64,000 bases of DNA, taken from the NCBI RefSeq assembly GCF_009914755.1, contig NC_060936.1, one strand, 5' to 3'. Numbering within the stretch: the stretch's first letter is position 1; each line of letters starts with the position of its first letter. Both the position numbers and the translations under genes were made by a program. Shown one piece after another: positions 25,601 to 37,799 of this stretch. The notes under the pieces are model-generated. The model did no database searches. It was not told the origin of the DNA and saw only the letters and a list, made by a program, of their open reading frames with translations. The DNA comes from the human T2T-CHM13v2.0 reference genome, Homo sapiens.

Positions 25601-27550
25601 ATTGCCTCTTGTTGGCTTTCCGTAGAGAAAATCTTTCACTTCCAGTTGGGTTTTAGTGTGTCAGTTGGGAAGGGTGTGGTGAGTCTGTTTCCAGATAGGT
25701 GCAGTGGTATATTCTCGTTGCAACTTCTTCAGCTGTGTTCAATGTCAGCAATAATTGTGGATGCCTCAACAGCCTAGGCTGCAGAAGTTTGTAGTAGTGG
25801 CAGTAGTGGCACCGGTCGATAATATCCTCTGCATCAAGGATTTTTGGGATCTTTCTATCATCACTTTTCCCCAATGTGGAGACTAAAATGAGGGAATCCC
25901 TCTTGGTGTCAGATCTGATACAATCTACAAACCACTACAGAACGACTGGGTTCTAGGTGCAGGTATTTGGAGCAGCTGTGGAGGGGGCGGTTAGGCTCAG
26001 GGTCTCATGAATCTATTGTAGCACCTGGGTCTTGGGGTGCAAGTTTGCTCTCTGTGGCAGGGTTGGTTGTAAGTTGCCCACAGAGCCAGGATCTGTGACT
26101 CTGAGGCACCTCCTAGCATTTTGGGCCCAGGGAACTTAGTTGTAGCTGTGGTCATACCTCTGGGGGGAAGAGCACAGCACTTGCCTGGCACCAGTAAAGA
26201 AGGGGTGCTCTGGAGCTTTGGGCTCAAGGAGCAGAGCATGGTTGCACTTTAGGAACTGGAGACAATAGAGCTTAGTGGCAACTCAAATCCCAGGAAATGA
26301 AGCACCGCATAGTAGTAACTCTATACCCTTGGACAGCATAGCTGGAAAGTATCCCAGACTCTTTGAGGCCAGGTGCAGTGGCAACAAGTACCCTTGAACG
26401 GTGGAAACAGCTGTTTGGATCCTGGTAGGGACAGGGAACTACACAGTGATTCCTCTACTCCTCAGTGGAGTCAGTAGCTCCAACTTTTGGAAGCAAGTCC
26501 AGCTCCAGGAAAGCAGAATATTAGAGCTGCTTGGCCTAGAGGGTGGGGTGTCTCAGATCAGCCACTATTCTGTTTCCCTGGGATGCAGGGTACTACATCA
26601 GCTAAGCCCTGAGATGTGCAGTTTCTCAGCTCAGCCAGGGCACCAATTCCCCAAGGGGGGGATATCCCACTTCAGCTGAGGTTTCAGGCACCATTTCCCT
26701 GAGATTCATGGCACTGCTTCAGCTTAGGTACTGGGGTGCATAGCCACTCTGAGTTGCCAAGGTAGCATTTCCTGGGGTGAAAGGTGCTGCTTCAACTTAG
26801 GCACCAAGGAGTCAAGACTGCTCTGAATGGCCAGGGTACTGTTTTCTCAGGAGGCAGGGTGCTCCTTCATCTCTGGCCCAAGGGAGTTAAGGAAAGGGTA
26901 GGTGGAATGGCTCCACCTCCTTTTGGCCCCCTAGGGAAGAGTGTAGCAGCTGCTTGCAGCTTGGCTTGGAGATGTGCCACTGGGCTGTGGTGTCTTGGCA
27001 ATGGCTTGGCCTCAGGGGTGGACGGGAACCATGGCTACTCACCCCTAGAACAAGACACACTCTAGCCGTGGTTACAACTCCAAGATGGCATAATGTAGTA
27101 GCCACATGGGCTACAGGGAGTGGGACACATTGCTGGCTCCTTTTCTAGAGGAATCCCAGCCATGCGGACTCCAAGTACTTTCCTCAGCCAGGCTTAGTGC
27201 TGGTGAGGACTACAGGGAACCTCAGTGGTGAGGTCTGTAGTGTCTAAGGTATTGATAGGAGTGACTGGGATCCTCTTGATTACCTCCTCACTGCAGGGAG
27301 AAGATCTTTCTGGTTCCCAGCTGATACTGGTTGGGGAATGGGGTGGTGGAGGCCCAGAATTTGTCTCTTTTTTACTTGGCCATCCCAAGTTTTTGTGCTC
27401 ACCAGGGTTTCTGTCACTCCTCTGATGCACTGTAGCAATCTCCCTCAGTTATTTGTATTAAAATATAGTTGTTTATCTATTGTTCTGGCTGTGTCTTTGT
27501 GACAGGAATGAGTACTAGGGGCTTCTAGTTGTCCATCTTGCTGATGTCAC
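19615..27550 (-). mobile_element. Near full-length, degenerate L1MA (L1MA2-4/L1M2-like) with 5' UTR, ORF1, ORF2 and 3' UTR
   Basis: L1MA 3' UTR at 19640-20100; RT-domain remnant in ORF 21369-21671 ([24 protein letters not shown]); 5' terminus ccatcttgctgatgtcac at 27533-27550; many stops and frameshifts; internal ORF2 deletion near 21056. Confidence 0.93.
23121..24146 (-). mobile_element. HERV-K(HML-2) solo LTR, LTR5A
   Basis: 1026 bp; minus-strand start tgtagggaaaagagagatcagactgttactgtgtctatgtagaaagg; 6-bp TSD taatta/taagta; the L1 reads through on either side. Confidence 0.93.
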
Positions 27551-27559
27551 TTTTCCTAT

Positions 27560-27700
27560 AATTATTCATTTTTGATAAGTTTCTGTCTCCTTCACCAGAT
27601 CATGAGCTTCTTTGGGGAAGGGTCCGTATGTTAGGAATCTCTGTATTATCTGTGCCTGGTCCACATAGCAGCTCAATAAATGTTTATTGTATGAATAAAA
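27560..27700 (+). mobile_element. L2 3' end
   Basis: tctgtctccttcaccagatcatgagcttc..gtgcctggtccacatagcagctcaataaatgtt. Confidence 0.75.
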
Positions 27701-28079
27701 GATTGCATGCAATAATTGGGAACACAAATCAGTGGATGCCATAAGAATGGTCATATTTTCTTACTCATGGGGACAATAGGATAAAATGTGGTACCTAGTG
27801 AGGAGTACTAGGAGAAGGACCATCAAGTTTATTTTACTATCTGCTGCTGTAGGGATGGCATCTATTATCTTTTCTAATCTTAGGGGTAGAATGGAGGTCA
27901 AGGCTCATGTCTTAGTGCCATAGCCCATGTCCAAGGGCAGATGAAACATTTCCCTGGGCAGAGACTGTGGGGGACCCTTGATTGAACACACCGGACCTCC
28001 ACCCCTTAGCCAAGCACAGTGGTACGTGTGTGCTTTATGTGCACAGTTCTCACAATGCACATTAGAAAAACCTACAAGC

Positions 28080-28895
28080 CCTACCTTCAAAATATTAGGC
28101 TGGTGCAAAAGTAATTGAAATTTTTGCCATTGAAAGCAATATTTCCAGAATCTCAAAACTTCTCACCATCTCCACTGATACTGCCCTGATCCAGGCCACC
28201 ATCATGTCTTGTTTGAATGATTTTAATAGCCTCAACTGATCTCTTTGCTTCTGTCCGTATTCCAACCTCCATCTCATCCCCTTTCAGTCTAATCTAACCC
28301 CAGCCGCCAGAATGATCTTGTGAAAATAACATCCTTTCTCTGCTCAAAAACCTCCCATACTTTCTGTCTCACTCAGAGGAAAAATCAAAGTCCTTATGGT
28401 AGCCCTCAAGGTCCTACAGGATCAGCTCTTCGCCTCACCTCCTGATCGCATTTCTGATCATGCCCTTCTTCTTTCACTTTGTTCCAGCCACATGGACCTT
28501 TGTGCTATTCCTCTATTATGCCAAATGTGCTCCTGCCCCAGGGCATTTGCCCTTGCTACTTCCTCTGCAAAGATGATCCTCCCCTATATGTCCACGTGGC
28601 TCATTTCTTCATCTCCTTCAGGTCTTTGCTCAAATGCAATCTCATCAGATAAGCCTCTCCCAAGCACCCTATAGAAAATAACACACACCACATTCCCAGG
28701 AATTACCAATCCTCTATTCTGCCTGATTTTTCTTCATAACACTTACCACCACAGATATATATTTGTGTGGTCTTACCTGCCTCCTCCTGCTAGGCATAAA
28801 GTTTATGAAAGCAGCAGCTTGGGCCATGCCTAGCCACAATTTTATCTTCGGTGTCTGGCATGAAGTAGGTACTCAGTATTTGATAAATGAATAAA
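28080..28895 (+). mobile_element. L2a 3' region
   Basis: ctaccttcaaaata..tccagaatc..gccaccatcatgtct..cagggcatttgcccttgct..taggtactcagtatttgataaatgaataaa. Confidence 0.85.
28095..28140. mobile_element. Half MADE1 (Hsmar1-derived MITE)
   Basis: ta|ttaggctggtgcaaaagtaattg..tttttgccattgaaag is one Hsmar1 TIR, inserted at TA in L2. Confidence 0.85.
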
Positions 28896-29029
28896 GGCAT
28901 GAGGAATGAGCTCATTAAACCCACTAACCAGCTCTGTGAAGGAGATATCAGGAGTATGATCCCCTTTCTTAGATGGAGTGGTGGAAGCTCTAAGTGGGGA
29001 GAGGCTTGTGGAAGCTGCTGTCTTACTCA

Positions 29030-30030
29030 ACACAATATTTGGCTGCAGGACTGTAGAGAACAGCTCCTTTGTACTGGCTGAAATAAACAGCAAGATTTTA
29101 CAGGGAGGTACTGCATTCCTTATAGAACTTCCAGAAGGACTGGAAACAGGAAATGAAAGGCTGTCAAGAACTGCAGTGCAGGGATGTCACTAGGGTGTGT
29201 GGGTCCCAAGGTAAATGCTTACTGTGGATCTCCTGTCTCTGTAAACAATGTGCATCAGCCTAAAGCAGCATGTTGGCACCATTCTGTGGACCAATTGCAC
29301 CCAGTGCCATTAAGGAAGTACCACACTGGCTAGCAGAGACTATCAGCTTACTAGGCCACAGTACCCAGAACAACTTTAATCTTTGGAGCATCTGGTTGAC
29401 CCAGTACATAGAGAAAAGGGTCAGAGAGAATCATGTGGGGTAGAGCAGAGACTGGAGTTCACACACTTGGTCTGAGTTTGGGGTACCCTGCCTGGATGGC
29501 ACTGACAGACCCAGCAGGTTTCAGGCTCTAGAGACAGGACTTAGAAAGTTTCCAGAAAGAGTAGAAGTATCTCCAAAGTGTTAATTCTGCTGATATGTGG
29601 GGTCTGGGAAGGGGCCTTGCTATCCCAGGCATGCTATCCCATGCTATTCCATGCTAAGGGAAACCTCTCTGTTTGTCTAGCAATAACTCTGTCACATGTT
29701 CCCTGGGCCCCAACTCTGTTCCTTATTTTATTCTTCTCTCTCTCAACCTGTCTGAAAACTGGTTTGTCTGAGGAAGGCACTCTTTTTTTCTCCCTAGCTC
29801 CCATGCTTATACCATTGCCAACAGACAGCACAGACCGACCAGCACCTCTCAATCCTAATTCCAAATTTCTGGGAAAGGTGTTTTGATTGGCCCACAGACT
29901 AATAAGCACCTCTCAATCTTAATCCCAAATTTCTGAGAAAGATGGTTTGATTGGCCATCAGGCGTAAGTGCCTGGCCCAATCACCAGTGGCAGGGGGAGG
30001 GCTATGGTGCAAGATAATAGCATAACACAA
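29030..30030 (-). mobile_element. Fragmented MLT1K/L-like LTR with internal 64-bp duplication
   Basis: ccaaatttctgggaaagg..tgattggccca..cctggcccaatcaccagtggcaggg; boundaries uncertain. Confidence 0.5.
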
Positions 30031-31871
30031 ATGCAGAGGAGGGGATGATGGGTAAGGGGAAATGTCCTCAAAGTAGTCACTGTAGCTCCAGCTTATTGAC
30101 GGGGAGGGGAAAGCAAGGATTAATCCTGGATGTTCCAACATTCAAAGTCTATATCTAGAACAACAATAGTGCACCTGAACACCACCCTTCTTAGATCCAA
30201 TTGAGGAGCTGACAGGGCCACAGAATTCTGGTGACAGCTGCAAGATTTTAAGAAGGGTGAACTACACACTGGATTGCAAATCTTCTCCGTTTATTTCTGC
30301 AAGTTGAAATGTGGGGGCCAAAGAAAGTTGAGAGCATTCTGCCTGGAGACATGCTGACATGAACAGCAGGCTACCCTCTGAATACCTGGATGCTGAATGC
30401 ATGCACACACACATTCATAAAAATTGGCACATTACACTGGGGTGAAAGCAGGTTAATTGGGTTGCTTGATCCCCTGGGCCTACTCAAGGCACTTATTGCA
30501 GACTCTAACTGAGAAGGGCTTTGAACTGCTTAGAACTGAATATGCAGATGCTAGCATTAGCCAAGACTTCCAGCTCAGCAATTTTACCTCCATCTCTATA
30601 GGCCACCTGATGCTCAGTTGGGATGTGCTGAGGCAGTGCTAGGAGAAAACAAACAAACAAAAACTGTGCTCAGTGATTATTTAGGACCATGGACAGCAAC
30701 ATGTGTTTCCACCTCTCGCAGAAACTTAGGTTAGGCTATATCCAGGTTGTCAGGGAGCATATTCAAGCAGAAGTTGTGTGGCCACCTACCATAGTTCATG
30801 CACTTGGATTCCTATTTATTCATGTATTACATCCATTTGTTCATATATTCATTCTTTCTATCACACATCTACAGAGAGGGAGAGGGAAGGCTAGAGAACC
30901 TAGTCATCTGATGACTTCTGATGAGATCTACCTTTGTCCACCTGTCAACTCCTTCTACCTGGGTTAATATAATAAAATGTTCATTTATTGCAACCAAATA
31001 ACTTGTTGTAAAGACAGCATTATTGGATGCTAGGGTGAGAGCGCCCACCTCATCCAAAAAAACAACCAGTCTTATCTCTACCCCACAGAGCTTTGGGTAT
31101 AGCAGGTTCTATGATCCAAACATTGATATCATGGGTGAAGGACAGAGCTTGGGACTGGCCCTCATGAGACAAGTGTTCTAGTCACAGCCAGAAATGGGCT
31201 CACTCTGTCTGCCCACGTGGGTAGAGGCAGTCCCCATCACTTTGGGAAAGCAGATGTCAAGCAGCAGCAATAAATTAAACCCCAGTGGTGCTTGCTTTAC
31301 TGAAGCACTCAATTTAATGAGTCTTTCTTTGACACACAAAATTCTACTTACTACTTCAGCAAATGTGACCTGTTTGGTGTGAATAATTCAGTGTTTTGCA
31401 GGAAGCCTGACTTCCACTGAGAATGCAGCACTGTCAAAGATTGTTAACTAATCCTATGGAGCAGAACTGAGCTCTGGTCCACTCTGAGTCAGAAATCACT
31501 TGGGAAAACAGTCTAAAAAGAGAATATAAATGAAAAATACTTCCCCCAACTAACAACAGAAACCACCCTCCCCCAAACTCTCCCAACACATACACATCAG
31601 TGTGCAGCTCTTCTCTTCTTAAAGCTTCAAACCACGCCTGGGGAGGTTTTGATCCAGAAGAAACTTCTGAAGATGCATTTCCATGCTAAATAAAGAATTT
31701 TAAATGGAAAAGTTCAGCTCTGGATGAATATGCTGGCTGTCTCTGTCCAGAGAAAGTGAGGGGTCTGGGAAAATGAGAAAGACCTGACCACTCACATTTC
31801 AAAGAAGGGGTTCTTTTCTTTTTGTTTCATCTGTCTAATTTTGGGTAAGTCACTTCCCTTCTCTGGGCTCA

Positions 31872-32163
31872 TTTTTTTTTTGAGACAGAGTCTCACTGTG
31901 TTGCCCGGGCAGGATGGAGTGCAATGGCATGATCTCGGCTCACTGAAACCACTGCCTCCCGGGTTCAAGTGATTCTCCTGCCTCAGCCACTGGAGTAGCT
32001 GGGATTACAGGTGTGTGCTACTACACCTGGCTAATTTTTGTATTTTTAGTAGAGACAGGGTTTCACCATGTTGGCCAGGCTGGTCTTGAACTCCTGACCT
32101 CACATCCACCACCTCAGCCTCCCAAAGTCCTGGGATTACAGATGTGAGGCACTGCGCTCAGCC
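31872..32163 (-). mobile_element. AluS
   Basis: Full dimer; 16-bp TSD ctctgggctcattttt. Confidence 0.96.
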
Positions 32164-32203
32164 CTCTGGGCTCATTTTTAAAACTAGAGCCTTGGATTAG
32201 AGA

Positions 32204-32380
32204 TCATGGATTCTTAACCCAGAACTGGTTAAGGGCTGGTCCATGTGTGGTCAATGAAATCTCTGCAATATTGGGCAAAATTATGTTCATACATGCACTT
32301 GGGGAAGGAAAGAGGCCATGTAGCTTCTGTCAGATTCTCAGTAGTGTCCCTGGGCTCCAGAACTGCAAGACTCCTGGGCT
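32204..32380. mobile_element. MER117-like hAT fossil
   Basis: ggattcttaacc..gtagcttctgtcagattctca. Confidence 0.55.
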
Positions 32381-32904
32381 AAGATGATTGCTCAGTCTCA
32401 GTTTGGCCCCAAATCGGGATGTGATCGTGATGTCTTCTGTGAATCTGAGCAGTTGTGTTCTGCACTTGGACTCCTTATGATGGGTTCTGAGGGACCCTGT
32501 GAGAACTTCCACCTTTCAAGCTTGAGAACAAAATTAGGGAGCCCAACTGCTGGATGCAGCAAGCATGTGGCTTTTATCAGGAGAGAACATATTCATTCAT
32601 TTGTTTAGTCATTTATTCATTCCGTAAATTGTCATTTACGTATGCCAGCTGCTACCCACTGCCCACCTGGAACTCACAGTCTAAGACACAGGCAATGGAA
32701 AAACAATCATAAATGACTGTGATCACAAAGCATGGCAAGGGCTCTGAAGGGTCACTAAGCATTGTAGTGAGAGATTGTAAGAGGGACCTCTTTCTCCTTC
32801 ACTGCCACATCCCATACATCCAATGAGTGAGTGACACACTGGTCTGCCTCTTCAATCACCATGGCCAATACCCTATTTCAAGTCCCCATCACCTTGCACC
32901 TGAA

Positions 32905-33437
32905 TGTTACCAGAAAGGGGTCCCAATCCAGACCCCAAAAGAGGGTTCTTGGATCTCATGCAAGAGAGAATTCGAGGTGAATCCATAAAGTGAAAACAAG
33001 TTTATTACAAAAGTAAAGGAAAAAGAATGGCTACTCCATAGGCAGAGCAACCCAAGGACTACTGGTTGCCCATTTTTATGGTTATTTCTTGATGATATGC
33101 TAAACAAGGGATGGATTACTCATGCCTCCCCTTTTTAGACCATGCCTGACATTGCCATGGCATTTGTAGACTCTCATGGCGCCAGTGGGAGTGTAGCACT
33201 GAGGAAGACCAGAGATCATTCTCATTACTATCTTGGTTTTGGTGGATTTTGGCAGCCTTCTTTACTGCAACCAGTTTTATCAGCAAGGTCTTCATGACCT
33301 GTACCTTGTGCTGATCTCCTATTTCATTGTGTGACTAAGAATGTCTTAATCTCCTGGGAATGCAGCCCAGCAGATCTGTCTTATTTTACCCAGTCCCTAT
33401 TCAAGATGGAGTTGCTCTGGTTCAAATGCCTCTGACA
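32905..33437 (-). mobile_element. MER41A ERV1 solo LTR
   Basis: Minus-strand start tgtcagaggcatttgaaccagagcaactccatcttgaatagg; other end tgttaccagaaaggggtcccaatccagacccc; 533 bp; no tandem GAS segment. Confidence 0.9.
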
Positions 33438-34288
33438 CCTGCAGCTCTCTTCTTGGTTGCATTCTTGCCCATTGACTGAAATGGGGACATCCTGCAAGGG
33501 AGAGTGGGAGTGAGTAGGATCCAATCACGTGCTATGTGTAAGAATACAAAGTCAAACCAGCACAGTCCCTGCCCTGGAAGAACCCTCAGAAGCTCAGGAA
33601 AGAGAGTGAGAAGAGGGATGCTGAAGTGGTGCTCTGGCTACTCAAAGCAGAGGTGGGGTGGGGGTGCAGGGAAAGTACCTTCTCAAGATGAGAACTTTGA
33701 AGGACAATGTTCACTTGGATATGTAATTTACGGTACTGCAAAAAAAAAAATCATACATTTGGCATCATGCTTGGCATTGCACAGAACAAAACATAATACA
33801 GCCAGTGCCTACACACTTATAGCTGATGCTGTTGATTCTCAGCCCACAACAGGATCCAAAACAGACTAAATAAAGCAAGCAAGCAACTCCAAACCCACAA
33901 ACCAAGCAAATTAGGGGGTGATTACATCCATTTGTGTTTCAGAAGCGCTCCTTGATTTACAAAGGACTGTCTTTAAATAGCATCCCTGGAGTGTTTACAG
34001 ATCTGTAACTGCTTGCTTGAAGGGCTGCAGGTAGAGAAGAAAACCAAAAACACAAGTTGTAGAATCCCTTGCCAGTTGAAGCCATCCTGAGGAGTGTATA
34101 ACCTGATTCAAACCTATAAACATAGAGGGATCTATCCATGCTGTAAAGAGAAGCAAACCTGCAACCATCAACTCTGGGGAGCAGGCTGGGGTCTGAGTTC
34201 TTATCTGAGAAAATGCACATGAAAGATTTGTATGCACATGGCACATAGTAAGTGCACAGTAAACATCAGTTGTCATCATTATTCCCTA

Positions 34289-35100
34289 TGTTCCAACACC
34301 AGCTGGCTGTCCTGCAATTCAATTCAATTCTGTCACTAACTACCTAGAGTTAGCACAGGTCCCATAGGTTAAGATACTCAGTCTCACAAGACTATCCTCA
34401 CTTCAGGCAGTAACAGGAAATCCCAGGTGTTACCAGGCTGCCTACACTTCTGCTCAGCCAGCCATCAATTTAGGGGCTCTTATGACCCCCTTTCAGTTTC
34501 AGTGATTCACAAGAATGACTCACAGAACTCACTAAAGGCATTATATTTAACAATAGCAGTTTTATTAAAGAAGGCAACTCAGAAATACCCACATGGAAGA
34601 GATGTATGGGTCAAGATCTGGGAGTCAATGCAGGCGGAAGGAGCACAGAGATCCCATACCATCTCCCATGGAACCAGGGTGTGGCACTCTTCCGGCACAT
34701 CAATGTGTTCATCCACCTAGAAGTGCCCCCAAGCCTTGCTGTCCAAGACTTGTTATGGAGGTTTCATTATGTAGGCATGATTGAGTAAATCATTAACTAT
34801 GTGATTGAACTAAATTCCCATCCCATCCCCTCTCTCCTCCCCAGAGGTGGGGTGTGGGGCTGAAAAGTTCAGTCCTCTAATTATGTGCTTGGTTCCTCCA
34901 GCAACCAGCCCCTATCCTGAAGCTACCTAGATCCCCACCTCTCCCATAAGTTGTCTCATTAGCCTAAATTCTGGTATGGTCAAAAGGTGCTCATTATGAA
35001 TAACAAAAGATACTTCTATCACTCAGGAAATTCCAGGGTATTTTGAAACACTGTGCCAGGAACTGCGAATAAAGCAGATATATATTATTACTATATTACA
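34289..35100 (-). mobile_element. MER21 (B/C-like) solo LTR
   Basis: caattcaattcaattctg..gactcacagaactca..ggaggtttcattatgtaggcatgattg..tcactcaggaaattcca; flanked by ttccct on both sides. Confidence 0.85.
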
Positions 35101-35830
35101 TTCCCTTAGCCATGCTATATCCTGCAAAATAAGGCTGAAGGAAGGTCTTAAGAGGTCAAACAGTTCACCCCTCTGCCTCTAGGTGAGCCTGTATTTTAAT
35201 TATTGAAGACAGTTGATTATCATTTTTACACACACACAATCTAACAGAATCTTGCAGGCCAGAAAGCTTCCCAGTCAGTTCACTGTGGCCATACATTTCC
35301 AGATTTCCAGGGAAGCCTCACAGCCGAAAGCTTTCCATTGGGCTGGCCATCTCCTTTCTCCATATCGTCCTATATGCTTTTATTAAACCTCCCAATTTTC
35401 CTCCATATTCAGAAAGAGGACTGGCCACCAAAGTGTTAACTCTGGCCTGATCCAAGACAGGAGGAAAGGCAGGTCCCAAGTTCCACCACATTAGGATGCA
35501 CTTCCCCATTGTACATGATTTTGGCTGCTCCTAAAATACTTCACACACATAAAGGTCTGTATCTGGAAGAATTTTCAGTTTTATTACTTTTGCTGAAGGT
35601 GTCTTCCCATGCTTAAAAATGCACTTCATGCTCTTTCCCTGCAATTACTCTGAAGTTACACAGTCAGTAGTGCATACCATCACAGGTACTATGACCCACA
35701 GTCTCCTCCTGACATTCTCCGAGGGCTTACTCATTAGGACCTCACAAAGATGTCACTGTCCTCTCTCATTAGGCATGTTTCTTCATGAAGAATATTCTCA
35801 TGTTGCCTTCATTCACTCAATCCATCAATT

Positions 35831-36789
35831 ATTATTATTATTTTTTGAGACAAGGTCTTGCTGTTACCCAGGATGGAGTGCAGTGGTGCAATTGCGGCAG
35901 GTCAGGTCTCACTAACACAGGTCTGCATAACAACTGTTTTAGCCCTGACTGAGTGGAGAAGTTAAACATTAAAAGCTGAAAGAGCCAGTGTCCTTATATA
36001 AAGGCTGGAATGTAACAAAAGCCCACCAAGAGTTTTGCCCAGGCCTTTCCTGGGCCTTGAAGCCTACAAGACAAGGAAGGAATTCTTAACAGGACCTGTT
36101 TAGGATTAAACAAGTTTTACTGGGTGTCTGAAGAAACTCGCTAGGCCTCCACAAACAAGTTTATTGGGGGTCTGAAGGAACTCCCCAAACCTCCATGATT
36201 TAGCAGGAGATAAGATAAGGGTAATCATTCCAGCACCTGGACCCATTTAGATTAAGCAAATTTACTGAGGCTCCTAAGGAAGGTCTTTAGGACTTAGATC
36301 TTAGTTATAGATTAAAAGAAGTTAATCACTTATGTCTTTAGGTAAATGCACACTTACACGTAGACATATAGCTCAGAAGGTATATAAGCTCTGAAAAACT
36401 TTGTAACTGAGTTGGTCTAGTGATACTTTTCGGGCCTTCTCCCTGTAGCCAGTTACAGAAATAAAACTCTCTTCCTCCTCAGTTCATCTGCATCTTGCTA
36501 TTGGGCTACGAGAAATATCAGCCTGACCCTCAGTTTGGTCCAGGAACACAATCACAGCTCACTGCAGCCTCAAACTCCTAGGCTCAAGCAATCCTCCCAC
36601 CTCAGCCTCCTGAGTAGTTAGGTGTGAGCCACCACACCTGGCTTTTTTGTTTGTTTTGTTTTGTTTTGTTTTGTTTTGTTTTGTTTTGTTTTGTTTTTGT
36701 AGAGATGAGGTCTCACTATGTTGCCTAGGCTGGTCTCAAACTCCTGGGCTCAAGTCATCCTCCTGCCTCAGCCTCCCAAAATGCTGGGG
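35831..36789 (-). mobile_element. 5'-truncated AluJ split by LTR15, with (TTTTG)n-expanded linker
   Basis: Perfect 13-bp TSD caatccatcaatt (35818-35830, 36790-36802); Alu text resumes exactly across the LTR. Confidence 0.92.
35893..36548 (+). mobile_element. LTR15 (HERV15/RRHERV-I) solo LTR
   Basis: Starts tgcggcaggtcaggtctcactaac; 4-bp TSD CAAT; TATATAA at 36381; AATAAA at 36460. Confidence 0.85.
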
Positions 36790-37129
36790 CAATCCATCAA
36801 TTCTTTATTCATTCATTTCTGCCTTTCTCTGGATTGCTCTCTCCACATTGTCTAACTGGTAAACTTTTCAGCATTCACAATCCAGCTTAGATGTAACCTC
36901 CTCTGGGAAGCCTTCCCCGATTGCCTTCAAGACATTTATGTAATGTAGACATTGATCTGTGCACCAGAATATATAATGTAGATATTGATCTGTGCACCTA
37001 TCATAATCACTTATAATGTTATTTTCTGCATCATGTGACGGTCTTTAAAAATTTCCATATCTTTTTCCATTACAGACAATTTTCATTTTTCAACTGGGCC
37101 AGTGGTGCCTTTCCATCAATGACATAATG

Positions 37130-37640
37130 CATTATCACTCAAAGATAATCCTGTTTGTAACATTTGTTTCCAGCATTATATTCATTTCTCATAAATGAAT
37201 TGCTGCAATTAAATATTAAACACTAGTATTTATCCTATATTTATAAAAATGGAATTGTCTTGCTCATGCAGTTCCATAGCCTGCTTTTTTTAACTTACAA
37301 TGTCATGAGCATTCTTCCATGCCTTTAAGCATTCTTTTACGGCATCCACTTTATTGCCTGCCTAGAATCCCAACATCTGGATGTATCTTCACTTATTTGA
37401 CAAATTCCCTGCTGCTGGAGGTTTCCAGTTTTTTTAGCACTGAAAAAAATGTCCTTGCAGCAAATCTTTCCTGTATTTATTACTTTTTCTTTAGAATAAA
37501 TTCCTAAAAGTGGGCTTCTCCAAAGTGTATACTTAAGCCTTCCTCTATATTGGTAACTTGCCTTTTCTAGAAAGATTGTACCAGCCTGCATACATGTAAG
37601 AGTGTTCCTTCCTCACTCCTGTTCACCACATTCTTAAAAC
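37130..37640 (-). mobile_element. Old L1 (L1ME-like) fragment
   Basis: ttttctttagaataaattcctaaaagtggg..ctagaaagattgtaccagcctgcat. Confidence 0.6.
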
Positions 37641-37799
37641 CAGGAGGCAGAAACTGAACAGGTGACAATCTAATGTTCAACACATAAATCTCCTTTGGGC
37701 AGGCTTTGTAGGTCTTATGATTAATGCTCAATAGCCACAGTTGACTCTATTTTATTTCTTTTATTTTATTGAATATATATGCAAATAAACTCAAAGAGA

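Noticed and set aside
28095-28140. miR-548-type hairpin from MADE1
   Set aside because: Only one arm is present, so no hairpin can form.
32905-33437. MER41 as an interferon-inducible STAT1 enhancer
   Set aside because: The segment carrying the tandem GAS sites in MER41B is absent here (catgcctcccc junction), i.e. MER41A type.
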